The notes below the pieces were generated by a model. The model ran no database searches, had not been told where the DNA came from, and saw only the letters and a program-made list of their open reading frames with translations. Positions 41,801-51,567 of a stretch of DNA of 64,000 bases are shown here, piece after piece; the first letter of the stretch is position 1, and every line of letters begins with the position of its first letter. The DNA is from Limisphaerales bacterium (GTDB lineage: Bacteria > Verrucomicrobiota > Verrucomicrobiia > Limisphaerales > JAJOIW01). Location: the NCBI GenBank assembly GCA_965657355.1, contig CBFHOE010000002.1, positions 192,001-256,000 of the forward strand. Direction: 5' to 3'. Position numbers and translations under genes: made by a program.

Positions 41801-42527
41801 GGTTGAACTCACCATCTTTAAATGGTGGCAGAGGGTAATTAGGCTGAGCATTACCAAAGCGACTCATAATGGATTCGGTACGAGGGACACCTTCCTCAGG
41901 TAATTCTTTTATAAAAATATTTCGGAATGATATTTGAGCTTTGCAATCGCCATGAATTTGAAGTGCAATCAGTCCAGAATGATCCATTGAATCATCATTC
42001 TCTCTAAATACGGAAACTTTTTGTCCATTTATAAAAAGTAGTATGAGGTCTCCATCAGCAATTATCTCATAGGTATTCCATTGCCCAGGTTTTTCCACCT
42101 TAGAAATAAAATCAATATTACCTTCAGCTAAGAATTTATTTCTTCTATGTTCATCGTAAATAAACCCTGAGAAACCGTGCCCTATGTCCGCTTGGTAACC
42201 AGAAATATTTCGGGTTGTATTATCTAGCCATTTACTCCGGAACTGAATTCCCCCATTCACAAATCCCTCAGTGCCAATTAATTTATAATCTAATTTAAGA
42301 TGAAAATTCTTATAGGATTTTTTTGTGGCTAAATACTCATTATGGGGATTCCCATCCAAGGAACCACCGACAATAACTCCATTTTCAATACTCCAGACTT
42401 CATTTGTATTTCCCTGCCAACCATCAAATGTAGCACCATCAAATAACTCGTCTTGAGCCATGGCTAGTTGGTTTAAACAAACTAGGAAAAAGCAAGCGAG
42501 CGCATGTTTCATCAATGATAGGAACAT
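38826..42527 (-). CDS. PVC-type heme-binding protein: DUF1080 + SGNH-like + beta-propeller dehydrogenase-like + HEAT-like + cytochrome c
   Basis: LFDG..F.GW/NGGIQFRS/GYQAD/GLIALQIHG (DUF1080); DGIHLN; INLFASE, FRPVD..VGPDGAIY.SDW, HGRIWRV; CLACHQPDG.G. Confidence 0.85.
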   Translation of the reverse strand: MFLSLMKHALACFFLVCLNQLAMAQDELFDGATFDGWQGNTNEVWSIENGVIVGGSLDGNPHNEYLATKKSYKNFHLKLDYKLIGTEGFVNGGIQFRSKWLDNTTRNISGYQADIGHGFSGFIYDEHRRNKFLAEGNIDFISKVEKPGQWNTYEIIADGDLILLFINGQKVSVFRENDDSMDHSGLIALQIHGDCKAQISFRNIFIKELPEEGVPRTESIMSRFGNAQPNYPLPPFKDGEFNLLDNEIIAMIGQENFVREQRAGVLESILVSAWVDKKPKIRSMAWEADTVYEQWRDLNFGDWGDQLDAMGATMIIVQFGQMESLDGSERISEFVSAYHRLLDEFASRTQRIVLVSPMPFEKPRAKHAPDLTQRNSDVANYVEAIRLIAKQRQAHFIDLFNNEVIRSKELNLTNDGIHLNQIGLEVIGEQIAKGLGIASLSKSINDKLRDVIILKNQLWFDCWRPANWSFVYGDRVNQRFGKSGGNKPSLQKAFENQLPLVQRAEKIIYQMVVGKEVEELNLPQRQKSQDITIDTLSAIDQLKAFTVAEGYQINLFASEDDGVINPVQISWDAEGRLYVACSPSYPQSLASAIPSDYILVLEDSNKDGRADKHWKYADKLTMVQGIEPGNDGVYVCDFDKLLHIRDTNGDGVGDEREVLFSGFGIGDTHQLINSICYGPDGSLWFTQGLHAMSRVETPWGIARLDRSAVWRLRPKSLRLEGFFGGGMAGMNCWGVAFDDFNQVFHKSGDRPQGYWSVPGLVRGADPSHTSSDTISNESYKVTPYQYHPVGPLFDTSPKTTSLDIIGTKALPDDIQGTALIAGYFGSVVELHHFHDSGSGFKTTQLPKLVKSSNNAFRPVDVSVGPDGAIYLSDWFNPVIGHYQASYADPKRDKSHGRIWRVSSKNHKSVRQPKLVNMDFGQLLNQLKSSERWTRYQAKKLLFNSPTTEIIRAADQWVKANIDNDHALLEVVGVYVAHEKPNQILVNQLLESEDARIRSYGARIVGIWGNRLKDAYEILLKSARDIHPRVRLESVIAASYLQQPKSIKIVAEALEESMDPFLEYAMRQSTSALRPYWENSFRSGEITFNSDKQNNYLSSFLDKKYEPISPGERLYQNACLACHQPDGNGLTGIYPPLTKSRWVQSDKKESLIKIVLHGLKGKITVDGKTYGDKPGAVPMPPMSGMSDKEISQVLNYVRKTFGPGVSNIKESEVHEVRRSTKSRTSAWTEKELQE

Positions 42528-42656
42528 TCGAATAGATTACAAAACGATATCATTATTGAAAACGGTAAACGGTTCTATCCCACTGATTTTATTTAAAGGA
42601 ATTTTACATTCTTGAAAAAATAGAAGTTCGAAATCCGGAAGGATTGGATATACCCT

Positions 42657-44600
42657 TTGGAAATCCTAAATATGAAAAACTTTATCATTTCAATAACGAT
42701 CTTTATAACCTGTATTAGTTATGGAAGTGCAGATAACAAACCAAATATACTTTGGATTACCAGTGAAGATAATAGTCCTTACCTGGGATGTTATGGAGAT
42801 GAAATAGCTCGCACACCTCATATCGATGCCTTTGCTCAACTCGGCTCGAGATACGATAACTGTTTTTCAAATGCGGCAGTTTGTGCACCAGCCCGGCAGA
42901 CTTTGATAACCGGTGTTTATGCAACAAGCCTCGGCGGGCAACACATGCGATCGGATGTTACATTCCCCGACCACATTAAATATTTCCCTGCTTTTCTCAA
43001 AAACAATGGATACTTCACAACCAACAATAATAAGACGGACTATAACGGCGGTCCAAAGGATAGAAAAGCTGGGCTGAAAGAAGCCTGGGACCAGAACAGC
43101 AATAAGGCCCATTGGAAAAATAGACCTGAAGGAAAACCCTTCTTCTCCGTGTTCAACTTAGGGCAAACCCACGAAAGCAGACTCTTCCCCAAAGTTTGGA
43201 AAGATAGAGAATTAAAAACAGATCCCAGGAATGTAACCGTTCCCAAGTATCTACCTGACACTTCAACCATTCGACTAGACATAGCCAGGTACTACGATTG
43301 CATCGAAGAAATGGATTCCAGGTTTGGAGAATTGATAGATGAAGTAAAGGCTGCCGGTTTATTTGAAGACACCATTATTTTTTATTTTTCAGACCATGGT
43401 GGCTCCTTGCCTAGAGGAAAAAGTTATATTTATGATAGCGGAACAAGAGTCCCACTTATTGTCTATATTCCAGAGAAATGGAAATCCTGGAGACCTACAC
43501 AACCCTCAAAATCTCTGGATCGCCTTGTCAGTTTTGTCGATTTTGCTCCAACGGTATTGAACCTAGCTGGTCTTAAAATCCCTGATTACATACAAGGCAT
43601 TCCCTTCCTGGGACCTGATAGCGGAAAAGAAAGAGATTATGTATTTACTTTTCGAGGAAGAAGAGGTGAGAGGTATAACATAATGAGAGGTGTCAGAAGC
43701 AAAAATTTTCTCTATATAAGAAACTTTACCCCTCACGAACCTCTATTCGAACACAATGGTTACTCATTCGGGATCCCCAGCTATACCGATTGGGCCAAAA
43801 ATTACTTGAAATCCTTTTATGACAGTCATCATGCTATCTCAAGTATTCCTATATCCACAGATTCCAAAAACACGCTTTCAAGCCCAGAATTTCTTTTTTA
43901 TGCACATGAAGAAAATGGGCCGTTTCTTGAAGAATCTAACAAGTGGAAGAAAATTATAAGCTCCGATGTATCAAAGCTTAAACAGAGTGAAATCTCTTTC
44001 TTAAAATCCCAGCATAAAAAAGCTTTGAAAAACCACATCATCGCCACCAAAGATAGCGTTTTTTATGCTGAGGGATTAGGGTCCCGCAATTATTGGAGTT
44101 TTCAAAACGAGCAAGCATACCCCATCAAGGACCTTTACGAACTTATCGATTTTATTCAATGTAACGAAAAGAAAAAAACTTTGACCGACGAGATAGCTAG
44201 TACAAATTCACAGAATTTTATGCAAAAAAGCATAATTTCTCAAAATCCTATAATAAGATATTGGGGAACCCTTTGCAGCCTTAGCAAAGCAGGAGTCAAC
44301 TTACCCGACAAAGCTTTATTTAAATTATTGAAAGACCCGGAACCATTAGTTCAAATAATCGCAGCCAGAGCTTTGACCAGAAAAGGAATATTTGAATCCC
44401 CAATCAAATTATTAAAAAAACACCTAAATAGTCATGATGAAATTCTTCAGCTTTGTGCCATTCTGACAGTTGATTACCAAATGTTGGAAAAGAAAGACGG
44501 GGAGATTTTGGCATTCATCAAAACTATTGATAAATACTATGCTAAAAGAGTCGCAGATTGGATCTTGATCGATCGAAAGCTTTTAAGTCGAAAACAATGA
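42657..44600 (+). CDS. Sulfatase with C-terminal HEAT-like extension
   Basis: PNILWITSED, VCAPARQTLITG and FSDHG; IRYWG and DPEPLVQI.AA tail. Confidence 0.88.
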   Translation: MEILNMKNFIISITIFITCISYGSADNKPNILWITSEDNSPYLGCYGDEIARTPHIDAFAQLGSRYDNCFSNAAVCAPARQTLITGVYATSLGGQHMRSDVTFPDHIKYFPAFLKNNGYFTTNNNKTDYNGGPKDRKAGLKEAWDQNSNKAHWKNRPEGKPFFSVFNLGQTHESRLFPKVWKDRELKTDPRNVTVPKYLPDTSTIRLDIARYYDCIEEMDSRFGELIDEVKAAGLFEDTIIFYFSDHGGSLPRGKSYIYDSGTRVPLIVYIPEKWKSWRPTQPSKSLDRLVSFVDFAPTVLNLAGLKIPDYIQGIPFLGPDSGKERDYVFTFRGRRGERYNIMRGVRSKNFLYIRNFTPHEPLFEHNGYSFGIPSYTDWAKNYLKSFYDSHHAISSIPISTDSKNTLSSPEFLFYAHEENGPFLEESNKWKKIISSDVSKLKQSEISFLKSQHKKALKNHIIATKDSVFYAEGLGSRNYWSFQNEQAYPIKDLYELIDFIQCNEKKKTLTDEIASTNSQNFMQKSIISQNPIIRYWGTLCSLSKAGVNLPDKALFKLLKDPEPLVQIIAARALTRKGIFESPIKLLKKHLNSHDEILQLCAILTVDYQMLEKKDGEILAFIKTIDKYYAKRVADWILIDRKLLSRKQ

Positions 44601-46001
44601 CTAATCAATCACCTGAGCGGGGTATGTCGGCCTAATATCTCCTTTTTGCCCCCTTGGGTCTTCCGGAACAGGTGGGCATTGGTCAACTATCTTTTTTAAT
44701 TGGGCCAAGACTTTGAGCATTTCTGGATTTTTAGTAAAACTTAAATTATTGGCTTCCTCAAGATCAACTGGCACCTCAAAGAATGAGCCGCTGCGATAGA
44801 GTTTGAAACGAGCATTTCTGACATACTGCCCTGGTTTCTTTCCCCAATAGGGTTGGTAATGGCATAATACCCATTCCCGTGGATTGCCTATTTCTCCTTT
44901 GAGTTGTGGCAGAAAAGAGACACCATCCACGAGGTTTTCGTCGGGGATTTGAACTCCGGCAGCTTCAGCGAAAGTGGCATAGAAATCAGAATGGTCAACC
45001 AGCGATTTTTCTACGACGCCCTCGACTTTTGATCCTTTCCACCTTACGACCAAAGGAACGTGCGTTCCATTATCCTTCATCCCACCTTTACCACCACGAA
45101 TTTCACGGCCATTCCACATAGATCTCAAGCTTGGGTGCGTTCCATTGTCAGCAGTAAACATGATGATGGTGTCATCGCTAAGACCTAAGCTATCGACTTT
45201 ATCAACAATTTTCCCAACCAGTTTGTCCATGTATTGAACCATGGCAACAAAGTTAGCTTTTTTCTTATCGTATTCTTTTGGTTGCTTATTGGCTGTTTCC
45301 AAAGGCTGATCCCCAATGGTGTCCGGAGTGGGAACAAAGGGGTCGTGAACCAAGACCATTGGATAATACACAAAGAAAGGTTGATCTTTATTTTCATCGA
45401 TGAAATCGCATACAAAATCTGTAAGCAGGTCTGGGCCGTATTTTCCTTTATTCTGTTCTTTTGTTACATAGATTCCACTTTTCTCCAAAGGAGGATTCCA
45501 AAACCTTTCCCCTCCTCTACCTTTGTTGCCTTTTCCCTCAGTGACTTGCCATAAAAGGGATTGATTGAACCCGGCTTTAAGAGGACGTGTCGGGTCTTTG
45601 TGTCCTGGATGCTTTGAGTATAAACCATTGAGTTGCCATTTACCGGCAATAGCAGTCTTGTACCCGGCATCCTGAAGCATATGCCCGAAAGTTCTTTCGT
45701 TAGGGTTTAAATAACCAAAGTGGGTGTAGTTTCTAAAATTGTATTTTCCGGTCATTATCTTCACACGTGAGGGAGTGCAAATCGGTGTGGAATAACAATG
45801 ATCAAACCGTATACCTTCTGCAGCCATTTGATCTATCCGCGGTGTTTTATAATCCTCGCCTCCGTAGCACCCAAAAGCCTCCCAACTGACATCATCAGCC
45901 ATTATCAATATGATATTGGGTTTTCTGGCCTGTCCTGAGAGGGGAATTAGAAGCCCTAATAGGGTAAGAGATAGAAAATGAATGAAATATCGATTAATCA
46001 T
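44601..46001 (-). CDS. Sulfatase (arylsulfatase A-like)
   Basis: PNIILIMADD, ICTPSRVKIMTG, GKWQL and TADNG motifs. Confidence 0.92.
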   Translation of the reverse strand: MINRYFIHFLSLTLLGLLIPLSGQARKPNIILIMADDVSWEAFGCYGGEDYKTPRIDQMAAEGIRFDHCYSTPICTPSRVKIMTGKYNFRNYTHFGYLNPNERTFGHMLQDAGYKTAIAGKWQLNGLYSKHPGHKDPTRPLKAGFNQSLLWQVTEGKGNKGRGGERFWNPPLEKSGIYVTKEQNKGKYGPDLLTDFVCDFIDENKDQPFFVYYPMVLVHDPFVPTPDTIGDQPLETANKQPKEYDKKKANFVAMVQYMDKLVGKIVDKVDSLGLSDDTIIMFTADNGTHPSLRSMWNGREIRGGKGGMKDNGTHVPLVVRWKGSKVEGVVEKSLVDHSDFYATFAEAAGVQIPDENLVDGVSFLPQLKGEIGNPREWVLCHYQPYWGKKPGQYVRNARFKLYRSGSFFEVPVDLEEANNLSFTKNPEMLKVLAQLKKIVDQCPPVPEDPRGQKGDIRPTYPAQVID

Positions 46002-46175
46002 TGAGTCAGATAAAATGGTGATGGTTAGTGACTACAATACTAATGAAGGGAGCGATAAAATCAACGCTCCACATCCATCAAAATTAATGGGTGAAAAGAT
46101 TGATCTTTCCTATGGAATGAATACCCAGTGCGTGATATCAATAATCCTAATCCCAAAATTTCATTTAAGTTATCT

Positions 46176-47711
46176 ATGAACTCGAAATTAGAAATAGGGC
46201 TGAGACAAGGAGTGAACACTTTTACTATAATTGTAATAAGTTTGTTCATTTCACTCGGCAACTTGGCAAAGGGTGCGCAATCCAAACCGAATTTGTTATT
46301 CATCATTGCTGATGATCAATCACCTTTTGACTTAAAGGTCTATAATCCACTTTCAGAGTTGGATACTCCTAACATAGATAAGCTAGCTCAAAATGGAGTC
46401 GTCTTTGATGCGGCTTACCATATGGGAGCATGGGTTGGTGGCGTTTGCACGCCTTCAAGGCATATGGTCATGTCGGGCAGAACGGTATGGCATATTCCAG
46501 ATAAGCCCAATCGCAAATCTAATAACCCAAATGTCGCCGACCCTAATTTAGTGCCAGCTGACCTCGAGGATCATACGATGGCAGCAGTTTTCAATAGGGC
46601 CGGATATGAAACGATGCGCACATGTAAAAAGGGTAATAGCTATGAAGCAGCGAATAATAAATTTACGATTAGGAAAGATGCAACAAAAAGAGGAGGCACT
46701 GAAGAATCTGGAAGTGCCTGGCATGCAGATCAGGTTATAGACTACCTGGAGACAAGATCAGACAAAAAGAACAATAAACCATTTTTGATCTATTTTGGAT
46801 TTTCTCACCCGCATGATGTAAGAGATGGCACACCTGAATTGCTCAAGAAATATAATGCAACAAACCACAGAGATAAAAATTCATTTCCTAAAGCTCATCC
46901 TAAGCAGCCATTGCTGCCTCCAAATTATTTACCTGAGCATCCATTTCATCATGGTCATCCAAGATTAAGGGATGAGGTAAATGTCTCTGGTGTTTGGGAA
47001 AGAAGAGACCCGGTTACTATTCGTAATGAAATCGGACGTCAATTTGCTTGCAGTGAGAACATAGACATTCAAATTGGGCGAGTAATAGAGCAATTAAAAT
47101 CACAGGGTGAGTTTGAAAACACTATTATCATTTATACTGCTGACCACGGCATGGCGATTGGCCGTCACGGTTTGCAGGGAAAACAAAATCTGTATGAACA
47201 CACATGGAGGGTTCCTTACATTGTTTCTGGCCCAGGTGTAAAGTCAGGAATTAGGCGACCAGGAAATATTTATCTCTTGGACACTTTAACCACCCTATGT
47301 GACCTGGCAGGAATTAAATCACCGCCAACAAATGAAGGAAAATCATTTAAACCTGTGTTAATGGGCAATGAAGACAGAGTAAGAGATGTTCTTTACGGGG
47401 TATATTGTGGAGGCACAAAACCTGGGATGAGGTCTATTAGAAAAGGTCAATGGAAATTAATTAAATGGGATGTTTTAGATGGATCAGTAAGGCAGACGCA
47501 GCTCTTTCATCTCGGAATAAATCCCCACGAATGGATTGATCAGCATCAAGAAATAAAAGTTGTAAAACTCACTGGATTAAGACCTCACCCACTCCAAACG
47601 AATCTTGCTAAACACCCGAATTATCAGGAAAAATTAGAAGAAATGGAATCGTTACTACAAAAAGAAATGCAGCGATTAAATGACCCTTATAAATTCTGGG
47701 ATCAGAAGTAA
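46176..47711 (+). CDS. Sulfatase (choline-sulfatase-like)
   Basis: PNLLFIIADDQ, VCTPSRHMVMSG, TADHG and GKQNLYE motifs. ATG at 46176 preferred over GTG at 46128. Confidence 0.9.
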   Translation: MNSKLEIGLRQGVNTFTIIVISLFISLGNLAKGAQSKPNLLFIIADDQSPFDLKVYNPLSELDTPNIDKLAQNGVVFDAAYHMGAWVGGVCTPSRHMVMSGRTVWHIPDKPNRKSNNPNVADPNLVPADLEDHTMAAVFNRAGYETMRTCKKGNSYEAANNKFTIRKDATKRGGTEESGSAWHADQVIDYLETRSDKKNNKPFLIYFGFSHPHDVRDGTPELLKKYNATNHRDKNSFPKAHPKQPLLPPNYLPEHPFHHGHPRLRDEVNVSGVWERRDPVTIRNEIGRQFACSENIDIQIGRVIEQLKSQGEFENTIIIYTADHGMAIGRHGLQGKQNLYEHTWRVPYIVSGPGVKSGIRRPGNIYLLDTLTTLCDLAGIKSPPTNEGKSFKPVLMGNEDRVRDVLYGVYCGGTKPGMRSIRKGQWKLIKWDVLDGSVRQTQLFHLGINPHEWIDQHQEIKVVKLTGLRPHPLQTNLAKHPNYQEKLEEMESLLQKEMQRLNDPYKFWDQK

Positions 47712-47738
47712 AAATTTACAGAACCTATAAAAATCACC

Positions 47739-48746
47739 GTGTCTTCTTATAAAAGTAAAATAAAAATTGCCTTATTAGGTTTGGGTCGAGCTGGAAAATT
47801 TCACATTCAAAGCATTCAAGCCATTCCAGACCTCAGGTTAATCCATGTTGTCGATAAAGATCAGAATAGAGCACAAGAAGTCGGGGAATCAAATGAATGT
47901 GATTATTCGACAGACTATGAGTCGGTCCTTTATAGATCTGACGTTGATGGCGTCATCATAGCGACACCTACTCATGAACATTTCAAGCAGGTTAAGGATT
48001 TTTTATCAGCCGGGATTCCGGTTTTTTCCGAAAAACCATTGGGATATAGCATAGATGAAATCGATAATTGCTTTGATTTAGCACACAAGCAAAACCAACC
48101 TTTATTTGTCGGATTCAACAGACGTTTTGACCCAACATTTTCATCGCTTGCCCAGCAAGTTCAATCGGGATGTATTGGCACCCCACAAATGATAAGAGTC
48201 ACATCTAGGGATTCGCCGCTTCCCACAATGGAGTATATAAAACACTCCAATGGTATATTTCACGATTGTATCGTCCATGATTTTGACATGCTCAGATATA
48301 TAACAAAAGAGGACCCGATTGAGGTGTATGCGGTTGGATCAAATTTTGTGGAAGGAATAAAAGAGTTAAATGACTACGATAATGTATTGGTATCTTTAAA
48401 ATATGAATCAGGCTTAATAGCCAGTATCGACGTGAATCGTTTTTCAGCATACGGCTACGATCAAAGAATAGAGGTATTCGGGAATAATGGAATGCTGCAA
48501 GCTCAAAACAGATCCTCAACCAGCACGATTTTGAGCAATGATAATGGACTTATTAAACCGAAAATTGAATATTCATTCCCGACCAGATATAGGGAGGCCT
48601 ACAGACTGGAGCTTGAGTCATTCCTCTCAACGATCAGGGACTCCGTGGAAGCACCAATTAGCCATCATGATGTCAAAATGAGCCATATTCTTTGTGAACT
48701 TGGCGAAAAATCGTGCAGGAACAATCGACCAGAGAGATTGCGCTAG
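47739..48746 (+). CDS. iolG: myo-Inositol 2-dehydrogenase-like Gfo/Idh/MocA protein
   Basis: GLGRAG, EKP, GFNRRFDP, SRDSP, IFHDCIVHDFD and YGYDQRIEVFG motifs. Confidence 0.8.
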   Translation: MSSYKSKIKIALLGLGRAGKFHIQSIQAIPDLRLIHVVDKDQNRAQEVGESNECDYSTDYESVLYRSDVDGVIIATPTHEHFKQVKDFLSAGIPVFSEKPLGYSIDEIDNCFDLAHKQNQPLFVGFNRRFDPTFSSLAQQVQSGCIGTPQMIRVTSRDSPLPTMEYIKHSNGIFHDCIVHDFDMLRYITKEDPIEVYAVGSNFVEGIKELNDYDNVLVSLKYESGLIASIDVNRFSAYGYDQRIEVFGNNGMLQAQNRSSTSTILSNDNGLIKPKIEYSFPTRYREAYRLELESFLSTIRDSVEAPISHHDVKMSHILCELGEKSCRNNRPERLR

Positions 48747-48755
48747 GGTATTAGA

Positions 48756-49505
48756 TTATTCGACATTGTCAGGTTTGGGTATGTAAACCATCTCTAGTTC
48801 GCTTCCTTTTGCGAAAGGGCGATGAGCTTCTCCGTCATATAAAGGTAGAACAACTAAAACATTTGTTGCCAATTGTGAGACGGCACCGTCTACCCATTTC
48901 GGATCTTTAAAATTATCTTTAGCAACTCGAATTTTGAATTCACCAGTTTTGAAATCGGCTTTCCAAACTATTTCTCCCTTTGGCACACGCGAGTCGATAG
49001 TGGTTCTCACGGCTGTGACTACCTCTGCCTCAGTAGTTAGCTGGACCAATTCGAAGAGTTTGTTATCGGAAATCCGAGCCCACTCCCCCTCTAAAGGGAG
49101 ATCGACTAAGTTGAAATATCCGAGATTTGTCTCCAACATTTGCCCCTTCATTTCATTCTGAATGGCGGCTATTTGATCGTTGTTTACTATACTTGAAGAA
49201 AGTGAATTCGTCTCGGATGAGAGAATTGGCTCTTGATTACCTGAAGTATTGGCGCTGGTCTCAGCGTCTAGGACTAAGATTGTAAAGACTATGAAAAAAC
49301 ATGCGGGATAGCTGATCCCGAAAATCTTTTCATTTAATTTAGTAATCTTCCAATGCTTGAAAGTGTAAACTAAAGAGGCAAGAGCTCCAACCAATGGTAA
49401 TGAAATGGTGAATACCCAACCAATTTTTCGTCCAAATACTGAAACGATCATTCCAATCCAAGCGATATGGAATAACAAACTAAATATTCCCAATAACTCA
49501 ATCAT
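48756..49505 (-). CDS. Hypothetical membrane protein
   Basis: Three N-terminal hydrophobic segments followed by a soluble domain. Confidence 0.65.
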   Translation of the reverse strand: MIELLGIFSLLFHIAWIGMIVSVFGRKIGWVFTISLPLVGALASLVYTFKHWKITKLNEKIFGISYPACFFIVFTILVLDAETSANTSGNQEPILSSETNSLSSSIVNNDQIAAIQNEMKGQMLETNLGYFNLVDLPLEGEWARISDNKLFELVQLTTEAEVVTAVRTTIDSRVPKGEIVWKADFKTGEFKIRVAKDNFKDPKWVDGAVSQLATNVLVVLPLYDGEAHRPFAKGSELEMVYIPKPDNVE

Positions 49506-49519
49506 AGTAGATCTTTAGA

Positions 49520-51439
49520 TTACTTCCAACCGAAGGTAAAGCTAGTAGAAGTTTGAAAAGGTTTTCCAGGCCTTAAAACGGGTGAAGGGAAGTGTGAATG
49601 ATTTATTGAATCTGGATAATGTTGAGTTTCCAAACATAACCCTTTTGGATTTCCTGTGAATAATTGAACCCCTGGTTGGTCCGTAGCAACTTCCATGTAT
49701 CGCCCAGATTTTGATTCCTCCACTCTTGCGAATGTGGTCCAGCCATCGAGGTCATGACAAATAATGAAGTTATTATCATACATTGGGCGACGGAACTGAG
49801 TCATTTTTCCTACATCCTGGCCAATGAGTTTTGGTTTGAGAAAATCAAGAGGAGTTCCTTTTATTTCAAGGATTTCACCTGTGGGAATGAGTGATTTATC
49901 GACTTCTGTAACTGTTTCTGAATGAAGCCATAAAGTGTGATCATTTGGATGGACATCCGTGCTCCCACTTAAATTAAAATACGCATGATTAGTTAAATTC
50001 ACAATGGTCGGAGCATCAGTTTTTGCGTGGTAATCGATTTTTAATGTGTTGGTATCATCTAGAGAATACGTCACGCGGGTCGTCAAGTTCCCTGGAAAAC
50101 CCTCTTCCCCGTCTTTACTATAGCACTCGAGTATCAATGAAGAACTAGAATCTTCAATTTGTGTCCCTACGACTTTCCATAGTTTTTTGGAAAACCCTAC
50201 CTTGCCCCCATGAATATGGTTTTGCCCATTGTTCTTGGTGATATGATATTTTCTGCCGTCTATGGAGAAAGTTGCATTTTTAATTCTGTTTGCAAATCTC
50301 CCAATAATGGCAGCAGAAGGAAAAGACTTTAAATAGTCTTTTAATGAATCTGAGCCAACAATGACATTTTGAAATAAGCCAGACCTGTCGGGCACCATGA
50401 TGGCAGTCATGATGGCTCCGTAATTTATGATCTTTACTTCAATGTCATCCTTATTTTTTAAGGTATATTGAAAAACTTCATGACCATCCTCCAGTTCGCC
50501 AAAAAATTTCTTTTGAATTCTACTAAATTTTTTATTTTGGCGGGCACCTTTTACATTCATCTGCAACGTATAAACGCTGTCCATAGCTGTGATAAAAAGC
50601 TGATCAAAATTCTTTCCACCAAAAACTACATTCGCAGTCCACTTCTCCGGAACAGGAATATGATGTATTTTTTCCCCTTTTGAATTAAAAACAGTAACTC
50701 CTTTTCCTGTCAGATAAAGATTTCCCTGTTGATCCAGTGCCATACCGTCCGACCCTTGACGGCAAAAAAGTTCACGATTTGTGAGTTCTCCAGAAGGAGT
50801 TATTCTATATTTGTATGTTTTTCCTGCATTAATATCAGCGACATATAAGAATTTTCCATCCGGCGACCCAACAATACCATTCGGCTGAATAAGGTTACTA
50901 TCAACTTTAGTCACGCTGTTATCCATCGGATCCAGCAAGTAAACATGTCGACCATCTAATTGCATTTTAGGATCTCTTTTCCAGTAAGGCCTTTTATATA
51001 GTGGGTCTGTAAAATAAATCCTTCCAGATGAGTGTATCCATAAGTCATTCGGCCCATTGAATAACTTCCCTTCGAAATCCTTGATCAGTACGGATATCTT
51101 CTTATTAGGGGAAATGGACCAAATTTGGTTTTGCTCATCGGCGCAGGTCAACAAGTTTCCATTTTGGTCAAAATACATGCCGTTTGAGCGCCCGGCGGGT
51201 TTAAGCCAATCGGAAACGGTATTATTATCAGAGCGCCACTTAAGAATTCTGTCGTTAGGTTGATCCGTAAAATAAACATCTCCGTTCGAATCAACAGCTG
51301 GTCCTTCGGTGAATGCAAATCCTGAGGCAACCATTTTAAGTTCACTACCAGTCTTGAGAATGTCGACTGCTGTGGTGATATTTGAGGGAAAGAAAAATGC
51401 AAATATGACTAATTTCCAGAATGTGTATTGAATTCGCAT
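49520..51439 (-). CDS. Fusion of SMP-30/gluconolactonase and aldose 1-epimerase
   Basis: FTEGP, NGPNDL, PNGI and SDGM (lactonase), then GRFANRI, HIHGG, GEEGFPG, NLTNHAYFNL and CLETQHYPDS (GalM) in one 639-aa frame. Confidence 0.9.
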   Translation of the reverse strand: MRIQYTFWKLVIFAFFFPSNITTAVDILKTGSELKMVASGFAFTEGPAVDSNGDVYFTDQPNDRILKWRSDNNTVSDWLKPAGRSNGMYFDQNGNLLTCADEQNQIWSISPNKKISVLIKDFEGKLFNGPNDLWIHSSGRIYFTDPLYKRPYWKRDPKMQLDGRHVYLLDPMDNSVTKVDSNLIQPNGIVGSPDGKFLYVADINAGKTYKYRITPSGELTNRELFCRQGSDGMALDQQGNLYLTGKGVTVFNSKGEKIHHIPVPEKWTANVVFGGKNFDQLFITAMDSVYTLQMNVKGARQNKKFSRIQKKFFGELEDGHEVFQYTLKNKDDIEVKIINYGAIMTAIMVPDRSGLFQNVIVGSDSLKDYLKSFPSAAIIGRFANRIKNATFSIDGRKYHITKNNGQNHIHGGKVGFSKKLWKVVGTQIEDSSSSLILECYSKDGEEGFPGNLTTRVTYSLDDTNTLKIDYHAKTDAPTIVNLTNHAYFNLSGSTDVHPNDHTLWLHSETVTEVDKSLIPTGEILEIKGTPLDFLKPKLIGQDVGKMTQFRRPMYDNNFIICHDLDGWTTFARVEESKSGRYMEVATDQPGVQLFTGNPKGLCLETQHYPDSINHSHFPSPVLRPGKPFQTSTSFTFGWK

Positions 51440-51567
51440 ATATTGGCCTAATTGTTAATCAAGACCATATATCATGTAATTCCACAAAGGAATAAAATTA
51501 TAAAAACCACTCTAATGATGTGATGCAGGGTATTCAAAAAACAAAAGGAATTTCTCTCTAGATATTA

